Positions 24,952 to 64,000 of a stretch of DNA of 64,000 bases are shown here, one piece after another. A program made the position numbers and the translations under genes. The notes under the pieces are model-generated. The model was not told the origin of the DNA and made no database searches. It worked only from the letters and a program-made list of their open reading frames with translations. Origin of the DNA: Flaccisagitta enflata (taxonomy: Eukaryota); NCBI GenBank assembly GCA_965153355.1, contig OZ231126.1, forward strand, positions 6,324,001 through 6,388,000, written 5' to 3'. The stretch's first letter is position 1. Every line of letters starts with the position of its first letter.

Positions 24952-27900
24952 AAACATTTATTCATTTATCGCATTTTAAATCAAAAAAAAGACTGAGCTA
25001 AATAAGGTAAATGAGCTAGGATGCTCAAAAACACTCACACAGATGAGCAGCTATGCTCATAAACATCTTTTCTTGTATTTGCATGCTCAAACAAACATAA
25101 ACACACTTCTTTATTGATGCTATTGAATATCATAAAAAATTGAAAATAAATTGAAAATTCGATTTTAAATTTTTCATAAATAAATCTTTAAAAAATCATA
25201 GCGTGACAAATTCTGCTTGGTGCCAAATTAAAGAGAATTATCAAATTTATTCAACCTATCAATTTTTTTTGAGGGACTAATCGGTTGATCAGGATGCCTA
25301 ACTTCCTAATAAGAAAATAAAAACTATGTTTCTCTCAAATATGTCAATAAGTCGAAGACTGACTTCGACTTTTTTCCGGATGATCTCTCAAACAGGCCCA
25401 ATATGTTATACTATCATACTCATACACATAAAATTTACCACAAAATAACAAAGAAATAAAAAAGATGAATGATTCAAAAATTTGTCACTCTAACTTAATT
25501 TTCTTTGAATTCTTATCATGATCACAAAAAAAAGCCTTGAAATATTGACCTTAGCTTCTAGAAATACAGGTTTTGGTTAGACTCAGAATGGTTGTTTGCT
25601 GAATTAGTTTTGCTCGATGGAAAACTAGTAGGGGATATTGTTCCACCTGTCATGTCAATACTACGCGAATAAAAAAAAACCGCACTTTTTCATGGTTAAC
25701 CTTCAATGGTCAACCTCTAATGGTTAACCTTCAAAAATGGTCCAATTCTTATGCTTATAAGTTTTTGCTTTTATGTTTATAGTTTTTTCCTTGTTGGCAT
25801 TACTTTTTACTACGAATCAAGTTTGATTATCATTGTTGACGTTTAAGGGACCCCGATGGAAATAGGTTTACGACTTTTTCAGGCTATCCTCGACTAAGCC
25901 TTTAAATGTGATTACCGTGATTATTGTACGCTGCTTTATATCGAAATTACAATTAATTCATTCTAATTAAGCTAAAGAAATTAGAGGTCGTTTGAATGCT
26001 CTTCAGAAACTCTTTTATTTGGTTCTAATCTGGTATTTCCATCTTGTTTCCTTTGGAAAAAGTTTGAATCAAAACATTGCCTTTTTCGCTTTCGCAGTAC
26101 CATTGAAAAAGAAGCAAAATGTTTTTTTTTTCACTTTGACTTGGGATCGGTCTAGAAAAAACAAGCCCGATCGGGCAACGATGCGTCCTCTGGTAAGCTC
26201 TGAGCGGAGGGAATTCTGGGGTTATTGATGGACATGAAGATGAGCCATTCTAGTTTGGCTAAATGTACAATTGTGTATCCAACTCTTGTCTCAGATTTAT
26301 CATCTTTTTGTTGCTTAGTCTTTAAAATCTTAAACATCATTCGTAATTTGCATTAATGTCCATTCCCACCAGTGCCCCAGGTCCTTACTCATAATCTATG
26401 AATGTTGGATGTCATGCTCACTTTTGCATAATGCTGTAATTTTTTATCCTCAGTAAATCAACAACTTATTTTACCTAGAAAAACAAAAATAAAATGAGAT
26501 AAAATGCTATGTATCTCCAAAAAATGTGTCAAACCATCTAAGTAACATTGGAAAGCTGAAATTGATAATTTAATCACCAGAATATGCTTAGGTCATGGTG
26601 TACAGGAACAGGAAATTTCAGTTTCATTTTACTTTTTGCTTGTGATGTAGGTTTACCCCCAGAAAATATTATAGGGATTTTTGTTCAGTATTTTTGATAT
26701 AATGTATAGGGTGTTTTAACAATGTTTTTAAAATCAGAATACTTACTATAATTTCATAACAATCAGAACTAAAAATTGAATATTTGAATTCTTTAGAAAA
26801 ATGGTGAACAAATTTTCAAAATATTGTTGGGTGAAATTATATTATAGCCTCAATAAAGAAAACTTTGCATTTCTAAGAACATGGCCTTTTTCTTATATGT
26901 TTTTAGAATGAGGCCATGTTTTTGGAAATGCAAATTTCTTTATTTCTATGCAATGATATAATTTCACCCTACAGGAGTGAGATGACAAAATATAATTTTC
27001 TGTAAAAAATCTTTTTTTTTCTGCTTTGTTTCAATATATTATGTACATGAAATCTGTGTTTCAGAGATTATCTATGCAAAAACTTATAATTCAACACTTG
27101 AAAAATGTTTTTTCATAAAAAAATTTCAAGGAAAACCATTATAAAAAATATCAAAAAAATTGTAATGACGCTTGAAATTTCTTCTTCCCGTGCACTGCGT
27201 CTTAGACTGTGATCATAAGAAAATCTGAAAATCCTAATAAAACAAAAGTTGAATTCTGGCGGTGGGAGGGATGGGGGCAAGATCCAAACAATGACCAGAA
27301 TGGCGCTACTCTAGAGATGCGAGGACGCATCTAAAAATGATTGGGGGTGATTGTCGAGTGATTTGAGATGGTTTGTGGGATTTTCGGAAAAGGGGTAACG
27401 GACGGACATACGGACATACGGACGAACCCTCTTATAGAGATGCGAGGACGCATCTAAAAAGAACTTTTGAAAGTCTTCAAAATCCATTTGATGAAAATTT
27501 TTGAGATCTTTTACATTTTATCAATTTATACTATTCATTTAGTTCGCGAAGTATTCCTTTGCTACATAATCCATATGTGGTCGAAAGATCACTCAGTAGT
27601 TGAGAAAAACCAAAAATAAAATAAGAGATATTAAAATTCATTTTCTAGTTCAGATTTCCAACACATATGATAAGAGCCTGTAAGAGTTCCATCGATAGGT
27701 TGGTCGATCTGGCATACTTTCTTGAAAAAGGCGCCTTTCAAATTAATTCATTCAGCAGTTATAGCACGAATACCTAAATATCTTTTTCTTTCTGCAGGCT
27801 TCAACTTTCAAGCGGCCTTAGACCTGCCTCAACTTTCACGATACGCCCCAAGCCTATCTTTTATAACAACCAAATGACCTATTAAACACCCAAAAGAAAC

Positions 27901-29184
27901 AGAGGCAAAGTGTAAATATGCGATTATTATTGAATCCGATATAACGACTACAAACATACATACCATGAATGAGATAAACACGCACCAAACAAAAAAGATT
28001 TTGTCTTCATATTCAATCAATAATTCATTCAATAATTGATATAATGATAAACGTTTTGCGCTCCATGGAAGGCAACTTTTTGCATGCTTGCAACGACGCA
28101 AGAGGAGAGTAAGGTTCCAAAAAAAGGAACATACGTTGATATTTACAGCATTGCCATGCGGCAAAAAAAAAGACAAAAAACCAAATTCCCCCCCCCCAAA
28201 AAAAAAATCAAGGTTGATAAATGACAAAAGGAATTAACATGATTTAAATGCTATGCAAAACTTGATAGAAAATTAAATGGTTAGTCGAAATTAATGATAT
28301 ACAATCGGAGTCAACCTGATTTAGATGTTTTGCTAAACAAGCTTGATAAATGACGATTTGAGTCAACATGATTTAGATGATATGAAAAAGATGATAGAAA
28401 ATTAGTTGGTGTTGGTCGTCTTAAGTACACGAAATATTTCGTAAAAAGAAAAAACTTTATTTCACAATAAAAAAGAATCATTTAGACCAATCAAGGACTG
28501 CATTATCACAGATCAAAATTTAAGTCGACAATGAAACGTCAATGTTAAGTCAATAAGCCATACTGCAAGGGAAATAAAAGGACAGTTCATTCGGAATTTA
28601 TACGCAACAAAAACGGTATGCGTATAGGCGTTGGGGTTATGCACCCTTTTGAATGCTTCAGCAGAATGTTACGAGTTGCCATTATAGATTAATTGCAAAA
28701 CAATCTTTAAAATTGTTTTTGATTTACGATGTAAATTTGGAATGTCCAAGTTTGTCAGCTACAATATAATATCCATTTCAACTAAGTGCAACATGATTGC
28801 AACATCAATGAAGAGTAAATAGGCTAACTCAATCAATCATTCAACCAAACTAATACATGATGAAAACAAGACAAGACAAGATCTTTTTCCCTCCCTTGAC
28901 ATAAACAAGGCCGGATACACGGCTACCCCAGATCATTTTGGCAGGGGCAGTAAAGCCAAAAACCGCAAAAACCCAAAAAAAGTAAAGTGTGACAGACGGA
29001 CGGACCAACGGACCGACAGACCGACGGATGGACCGACAAAGCGCTTCTCGGACTATTTGGGTCTCTACAAGCGGTTATTTGTATGCCACCGCTTTATGAT
29101 AACCCGTGCATCGCATGCATCGAGTGCATCACTGCCTACCAACGAGCGATTATGGGCTTTGACCACAACTTTATTTTCTCTCTC

Positions 29185-56136
<26,952 letters not shown>

Positions 56137-58890
56137 CCTTAGTATTATTTATAAATGATTTTTTAACAAATTCAAAGCTGCAGCTTTTCTTAAAGTTTTC
56201 TTAGAGATTTCTTAAAGTATCAGATGGATTGCGATGTTTTTTTGTTTTGTTTTGTTTTTTTTTCTGCTAGAAATTCCTTCTCTTTATGTCCACATATGTT
56301 CAGTTTCATGTGCTTACTTTCTTTTTTGCGTCTTTAACTTTAAGTAAGATCCCCGAAAAGAGGTTTAAAAATTTCCATTTTCGACTTGGGGAGGATTTTT
56401 CCTTTTTTTGCAGCCACGACGATAATGGAATTAAAAAAAATCCCGGATTTTGTTTGAGGAAGTAAAACTAAAAAGCACGTTTGGCAAAGAAGGTAAGTTG
56501 AGTAAGTTCTTTATTTTGATTTCAAGCACTTCTCGTCAAACGGATCCAGACATTTTAGGGTTGGACGGTCAGTCACGGACGGACGGATAAAGCCCTCTGA
56601 GGGTCCAGAGTCCGCAATCAAAAACAGAAGAACGATGAGGAGAAAAACTAAGCCAACTTAATTGTGGCGTGCGGTTGGGCAGGGGCAGTAATGTCACAAG
56701 AAAAGTTTTTGATTGACGGGTCAATAGACCGACAGACGGACCACCGGAACGACCAATCAAATATCGGTAATATATAATAAGACGACATTACAAGTAATTT
56801 ATAGAGGCGTTCTACGCGATTGCACATCCCTCTATGTCGGTCCGTCGGTCAGTTGGTCCGCTTTTGACTTTTTTGGCGTTTTTTAGCTTTATGAGCTCAT
56901 GCGCTCACTACTCCTGCCCAAAAGCCCAAGTGACCTCTTTCTCTACCCCTGCCCACCCATACGTGACTTGGATAGCCGTGTATCCAGCCTTGTTCTCATT
57001 AATGAAGGCCAATTGGGCCAATAAGGTGCGACGTGTGGATCGTCGAACGAATGCGTAAACGTACCAACCAACCAACCGACCGACGGACACAGCCAGTTAT
57101 AGAGTTGCTTTGTCACACCTAAAAAAGATTAGAAACAGACAGATTAATAAGACAAAGAAACAAATCGAACGAATTAGATGATCTATAGGACGTTTCAAAT
57201 CAATTCCGTTTCATATTTAGTCGCGGACACGTGACTCTACACCTTGCCGTGTCGGTCGGTAGGTCGATAGGTCCATCCATCCATCCATCAATTTTTTGAA
57301 TTCCGGGCGGTTTTCACTTTACTGCTCCTGCCCAACTGTCCGCGATTGTCCTGCCGTGTATCCGGCCTTGTTAGATGCGTCCTCGCATCCCTATAACAGG
57401 CTGTGTCCGTCGGTCTGTTGGTCGGTCAGTTGGTTGATAACGCATTCATTAAAACAATGAAATCATTCATATTTTCAACAGAAACGTGGGCCTAACCCAG
57501 TAAAAGTAGCGCACAATTGGAAATTCATTCATTAAAAAAACTTTCATTCATAAAAAAACAATCATTCATAAAAACATTCATTCATAAAAAAACATTCATT
57601 CAAAGAGGACGCATCGTTGGCCTACTTGGCCTTGTCTTTTTAATTTAATCCGACATTGTGAAAGAGACAAATATATGATATGCGTAGCAGGACGAAGAGG
57701 GAAGAAAACTATGCCACTAGATCCCGTTGTTGAACAGTTTAAGTCGCGAAGTCTATAAGCATCCGAGGTAGCAGTGTAGGTCGTGCGCAAATCTCGTTTC
57801 TATAATTTCGGTCCACTTGACTGACGTCACAACATTTACAGTCAACGCTGGACGGGATGCCAAGCACGTCAACAATAGTTCCCTGCTTCGGCCCCCGCCT
57901 ACCCACTTAACGTCCCTGCCCACTCGCACTGCTGCCCCTGCCCACTCGAACTACTGCCCCTACCCCCCCCCCCCACGCAAGCGACCACGTATTGGCCGTG
58001 TATCCGGCCTTGTGGTTAATCGCTTGTTAAGCGACTCAATGAGAGGCTGTGTCCGCCCGTCGGAAGGTCGGAAACGCGAAATTTGGGATGATGCGAAATT
58101 TGGGATGACGCGAAATTGGTCGAAATTTCATAATTCAGCGCAGTTTCACTTCATTGAATGGCATCCGCACCACCGACCATCCAACTCCCAACAGATTTCA
58201 AGTTTTAAGATTAAATACATCTATTCAATCTTGAATCTTGTCGTTCTCATCAAGTTTCTTTTCAAGGCTGACTAGTCAACAATAACATTCAATGGAAAAT
58301 TAAAAACCAATTTGATGAAGATCAAGAATTTGATCACTAAATATGAAAAAAGACACCAAATTCGCGAAGCTTTGGTAAGTAAAGAAAGAAGCGCCAATTA
58401 ATCACCCAATAAAAAAATCCCACGAAGGAACTTGTTTTCAGATCAAACCAAAACGACAGGAGAATGAAAATGAAATTAATGCCATCAATTTCTCTTCGAG
58501 GAGGAGGAGGAGGAGTTTTCTCTTCAACCTCTCATACTTTCTGTCAGCGACCAGACAAGGGTTCGATGACCAATAAACACTTATAATTGGTAATGAGAGG
58601 TAATGATTATCAAACACTGCATTTCCTATCACCACCAAATATTACATTTCATAATCAATGAAACCGTTAAAGAGATAATTGCCCGTCAGTCTTATTGGCT
58701 GCAGTCTCTCAGTCACGCATTGCGCTTAACCGTCCACCAACCATGCGCAAATGTTAACTTTATCGGTGTTATTGATTAAGCCTGGACGCGTCCAAACAGT
58801 CTTTTATCAACTAAGATTTATCTTTTTTCGTGTGTTCATTAAATCAGTCAGATACCTCCGACCTTCGTGGCGCCCGAAGCCCTGCACTTA

Positions 58891-59484
58891 CCATGGCCAA
58901 AAAAAACAAAACGGACATGGCGGTTTTTGATGCCTTTGACCGGCTCAGTCTCAATGAAAATACAAAAAATCAGTAGCCGTTAGAAAGATCTTCGAAAGTT
59001 CTTCAAATCTAGACTAAGCAGAAAGTTTTAGCTCAAATCGTTTAGAAATGGCAACAGTTTGAAGGGAGCATCACCATATTCTGTCAATAGAAGGAATTCT
59101 GTACTTGTAATTCTGTCTTTAAAAGCATAAAAACATATCTGACAAAAGGAAACTAAGAAAAATTTAAGAGAAAATGAAAATATAACTCTTTATCTACAAA
59201 ATGGCACCAAGCAGAGTCAATATGTTTAGAAATGGTAATCAAATAAAGATATTTAGTCCATGAATTCAAGTTAAAAAAAAAGTTATATCTGGCAGATATC
59301 AATTTGATACTCTTTTTTTCAAATTAACATTACTTCTAGAGTTTTTAAGTTTGAATTTTGTTCAACAACTCAAATCGAAGATTTTTTTAGCTCTTTAGAA
59401 TGGTCATAGATTTTATGTACTTTTTCAAAAGCAGCACCAAGTTATGATAGAAATAAGCAATGTCCGATTTTTTTTTGGCCATGG
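58891..59484. mobile_element. MITE with CCATGGCCAAAAAAAA TIRs and TTA duplication
   Basis: tta-CCATGGCCAAAAAAAACAAAACGGACA ... TGTCCGATTTTTTTTTGGCCATGG-tta. Confidence 0.7.
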
Positions 59485-59659
59485 TTATTGTCAGCCTTTT
59501 CCTGAAGGAAGGATTCGCTCCACTGCTCTCAATCCGTATCCAAAAACTTTGCGGATCGATCAAACCTGTTTTTTAAAACTTACCCATTAGCCTTGGCTGG
59601 TGGGAATTGGGTAAGGCTAAGGAGTGGCTTCCTCTTCGAGAGATGATGCATGATGACGA

Positions 59660-61655
59660 TCGATTTCTCAGCTCAGTTTATTCGTAGTTTACTCATCTAT
59701 CATCATTGCTCATTCGTCAATTGTCAGTCAATTTGTAGCTTATTCATTTAATGAACATTGCTTAACTAATCAATCCTCAGTTGATTCATAGCTTATTCAT
59801 CTATCGTCATAGCTCATTTGTCAATTGTTAGTCAATCTGTAGCTTTTACATTTTTCATCTCTGTATTCGTTGTCAGTTAATCTGTAGAACAGTTTATCCA
59901 TTTATCATCTTTGCTCAATTTATCAATTGTGGGTCAATTAGTAGCTTATTTATCAATAATGATTGCTTTATTTGTCATTTGATTCATTGCTTACTCATCT
60001 ATCATCATTGCTCATTTGTTAGTTGTCAGTCATATTGCATATTGTAGCTTAATCATTTTTCATCATTTCTGTACTACCTAGGCCATAAGTATTGCAACAG
60101 CTTTAAACTATGATAAGTCGGCTTTGAGACAAATTTTTGACCTTTTCTTGATAAGATTCTTAATCTACATCAAATATTCATCAGATCTAGCGCAATCTCA
60201 CAATTGTCAGTCAATTTGTTTAAAAATGGTGCAAGAAAACATAAAAATGTTGCTTTTTGAAAATCTTGAAAAAAATCATGTTAGTCTACTGTGCAACCCA
60301 TCTACAACATCTTGCGGGTAGATATTGGCAACAATAGGTCCCACAGGTAATCTGGTAACTTGCCTGCTCTCAATCCAATTAAAAACCTTCATAGTCAGAA
60401 AAAGAACCTGCAGCAAAAAGAATGTGTGACATCAATGGTATTAAAAAAAATGCACAGAAGGTTAGGACTCAAGTCACACCAGATATAAGAATGTTATACA
60501 AATTGATACTCAGGCAAATGGAAGCTGTCATTCAGGCCCAGGGTAGACACATGAAACACATATTTGCTTGAATTAACTTATCTTGCATTGTATTGGTGAT
60601 TTAATAAACTTATACCCTAAGTGTTGGAATACTTTTGTCCTGGGTAGTATTTTCTAATCGTCAGTGGATCCGTAGGTTACTCATTTATCATCATCGCTCA
60701 ATTTGTCAATTGTCAGTTGATTTGTAGCTTATTAATGATCATTGCTGTATTTTTCAATCTTCAGTTGATTCTTAGCTTACTCATCTATCATCATTGCTCA
60801 TTTGTCAATTGTCAGTCAATTTGTAGCTTTATCATTTATCATCATTTCTGTATTTGTTAATTGTCAGTTGATCCATAGCTTACTCATATATTATCATTGC
60901 TCAATTTGTCAATTGTCAGTCAATTTGTAGCTTACTTATGATCATTTCTCAATTTGTCAATTGTCAGGCAATTTGTAGCTTCCTGATTCATGATTGCTCA
61001 ATTTGTCAATCACCAGTCAATTCTTTGCCTCCTCATTTATCATCAATGTTCAATTCATCAATCATCAGTTGATTCATTGCTTATTCATCATCATGGCACA
61101 ATATGTCAATTGTCAGTCTAATTATAATTGACTCATACATCATCCTTGCTCATTTCAGTTGGTCAGTTGATCGGTTTGTTTGAAGCCTACTCATCATTGC
61201 GCAATTTGTCAATTGTCAGTCGATTCTTACCTTCCTCATTTATCCTCATTGCTCCATTCGTCAATACTTCTTGTTTACTCATTTGCCATTGTTAATCCAT
61301 CAGTTGATCCATCCAGCCCACTCATTTCTCAGTTCATCAATTGATCCATTTTGCTCAACCTTTATCCATCATTGGTCAATCTGTCAGTTGATCCATCTAG
61401 CTGACACATTCACCTTTATAGGTCAATTTTTCTATTGAACCATCCAGCCCACTTATTTTTCATCATTGGTCAATAAGTCAGTTGAACCATCCTGCTTACT
61501 CATTATTCATCATTGGTCAATTTGTCTGTGGATCCACTCGGCTTACTCACTATCCATCATTTATGAGTTGAACCCACTTTTTTCCATCAATTTGTCATTT
61601 TGACCATCTTGCTAACACAATTTGCCAGTTGATCCGTCCTGCTTACTCATTACTC
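59660..61655. repeat. Degenerate ~40-50-bp satellite (core TTTGTCAATTGTCAGTCAATTTGTAGCTTA..CAT..ATCATCATTGCTC)
   Basis: The motif recurs on both sides of the Tc1 insertion. Confidence 0.7.
60074..60647 (+). mobile_element. Internally deleted Tc1 transposon inserted in a degenerate satellite
   Basis: TA-flanked TIRs CTACCTAGGCCATAAGTATTGCAACA / TGTTGGAATACTTTTGTCCTGGGTAG. Remnants LPALNPIKNL (cf. the Tc1 SPDLNPIENLW motif) and MEAVIQAQG. Confidence 0.8.
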
Positions 61656-62569
61656 CAGGAATGCGGCTATTAGCATAACAAGCCCGGATACACGGCTACC
61701 CTAGGCCTAGTCGCGTGCGGGTGGGCAGTAGGCTGGTTACCTGATGGGTGAATTTGGCTCAAGATTTCAAATTTCTCCACCATCTATCCACACATGCTAT
61801 GCGGCGATTGGGCAGTGGGGGGGTCGATATCGACCTAATTTGGAAATGCCAATCGGACATATCACCAGACCATGCGCAATCACAAAACAACCTGAGAACT
61901 AGAAGGAGAAGTTCATGAGATTTTATCATTTATAGTCGTGCCAACCCTACCTTTCCCATAGTAAAGTATAGGAGCTTTCTCTTCCTCTTTCTTCTCCCTA
62001 TTCATTACAATGTAAATAAGGGGTGTGGCACGACTGTAAATGATATGGTTTGACTCCTTTTTCCTTTCACATATGTTTATATATCGTTTTTGTGCACACT
62101 TTGGTCATATGTCCGACTGGCACTTCCACAGTTCGTTGTTACCGACCCCCCCATTGGGCAGTAAATCACACAAACAGAGGTCGGTATCTGATCAAGAAAC
62201 ACGCACGGCAACACAATGGTAAAGTATATGAAAGCAATTCTACGCCCATCGAAACTCTATAGTGTTGCCGTGCGGGATTACTTTTCAGATACCGATCTCC
62301 ACTTGCCTCAATTCCTTTTTAAATACGACATAGAGTGTATGGTTAGTTGGCTGAGGCGTTCTGAAATTTGACCACATTTGACCCTCCAGGTAGCCGCCCT
62401 AGTGGGCAGGAGCAGTGCTGGAGAAGGTCACTGGGTCATCTGGGCAGGAGCCGTGTGCTCAAAAAGCTCAAAAACGCCGAAAAAGTAATAGTCGCAAAAG
62501 CGTTAGATGGTCAGCGGTACCTGTTGCCCCTGTGTGAGTGTATGTGGGTGTGAGGTGGTTAGTGGGGCA

Positions 62570-62995
62570 GTGGCCCCAAGGGGCCAATGACCTATGCTGA
62601 TTTTATTTGAGCCTCAAGGCTGGGATTTGAGCCTGGAGGCTGGGATATGAGCCTGGAGGCTGGGATATGAGCTTAAAGGCTGGGATTTGAGCTTCAAGGC
62701 TGGGATTTGAGCTTTGAGGCTGGGATTTGAGCTTCAAGGCTGGGATTTGAGCCCTGAAGCTGGGATTTGAGCCTCGAGGCTGGGATTTGAGCTTCAAGGC
62801 TGGGATTTGAGCTATAAGGCTGGGAATTGGGCCTCGAGGGGGTAGGGGTACACTGAAGAAAAGGGAGAAATTTCTGCATATGTGAAAGCACAGGTCAACG
62901 GCCCCTTCGGGGCCGCTGCCCAAAAAGGGGACCAGCCGACCGACCGACCGACCGACATAGCAGGGTGTAGAGTCGCGTAGCACGCGACTAAAAAT
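62570..62995 (-). mobile_element. HINE-like element with a 20-bp central array (GGCTGGGATTTGAGCTTCAA)n
   Basis: The minus strand starts TTTTTAGTCGCGTGCTACGCGACTCT, followed by (GTCG)n; ~10 units of the 20-mer lie at 62615-62830. Confidence 0.7.
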
Positions 62996-64000
62996 GTTTC
63001 CTCTACTTTAAGATATAGTTGGGTGCATTCAGCGAAAGCGATGCAGATGCTTGACAACATCTTTGACCGAAACAAGTGCAAAAGTGGGAGAGGCCTGTTG
63101 GTGTACCGGTAGGTTTATCAGGGTTACCACGCAGATACTTAAGCAGTTATCTAAATGGATCATATATCGGGTCAAACGGGTTTGGGACCAACGACGACTT
63201 ATTGACCCAGATATCGGATCGGTTAAAATGATTGGGAAAAGGCAACGAACGTTATGAAGTCATAGGTAAGATCTGGCTAGAAATTATGCTAACAACATCG
63301 AGAAATAAAAGGTTTCATTTGAGTTTTGATATAAACAAAAGAGCATAGATGACAAACTGTAAAGGAACAAGGCTGAATACACGGCTACCCCAGTCGCGTG
63401 CGGGTGGGCAGGAGCAGTAATTGAGTACCAGAGCATTTGGGTAGGAACATTGAGGCCAAAGACCGCAAATTCATGAAAAAGTATAATGGGAACGGACAGA
63501 CAGACAGACGGACAAATTGGAGAGTAAAGTCGCGTAGCACGCGACTAATTATCTGGAAAGATCAGCATTTGCAAAGGATATATCCAATTTTTGTCCAAGC
63601 TCCTAAGCTAACAGTGAATAAATCAAAAGTAAATGAGAGACATCTAAGTCATTTATTGAAAGACAAGCAATGAAAGCAGGGTACAAAAGAATGTCATCAA
63701 TGCACAAGTGATACTTTATCATATAGTTTGCAAAAGGAGAGAGAAAATGGGATTCATTGGAAGACCAAAAGGACGATATGGATTGGGCTGCCATCCCTAC
63801 ACTCTCCGCTCTCCCTTGCAAAGGGAAAGCCATGGTTCTAAGTAGAAATATGCTATTTGAAATCAAAAATGGCAGAAATGAGAGCCAGTTGATAGATCTT
63901 AAGCAAGAAGCACCTAGCATAAACTGCTGCAGTGGCATAAATGACTGAAAAATACTATGGAGTAGAGTGAACCGGTGAAGACAGATTACACTAACAATTC

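Noticed and set aside
57822-57829. Perfect CRE site TGACGTCA upstream of BCCT
   Set aside because: A single 8-mer is expected by chance about once in a window this size, and the TSS is unknown.

Overview
Eukaryotic genomic DNA, almost certainly from an invertebrate animal: AT-rich, with GT-AG introns, microsatellites and many non-autonomous transposons. I reconstructed three spliced genes on the minus strand, with splice phases consistent throughout: a 9-finger C2H2 zinc-finger gene (551-9718), mitochondrial NAD-isocitrate dehydrogenase subunit beta (IDH3B, 10288-21849), and a 13-exon BCCT-family (betaine/choline/carnitine) transporter (29185-56136). The 13-kb sixth intron of the BCCT gene holds an antisense, intronless gene for a two-domain MS4A/CD20-like 8-TM protein (44310-45578). 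It also holds a 7.6-kb element with split direct repeats, resembling a tyrosine-recombinase retrotransposon. The most unusual signal is in the BCCT gene: four different exon boundaries are tandemly echoed into the neighbouring intron, with 2-8 extra diverging copies each, most keeping the splice dinucleotide. The rest is Helentron/DINE-1-like (HINE) elements, Tc1, hAT and foldback MITEs, and satellites. Most ORF-track entries are microsatellite artefacts. All family assignments are by motif recognition; no database search was run.
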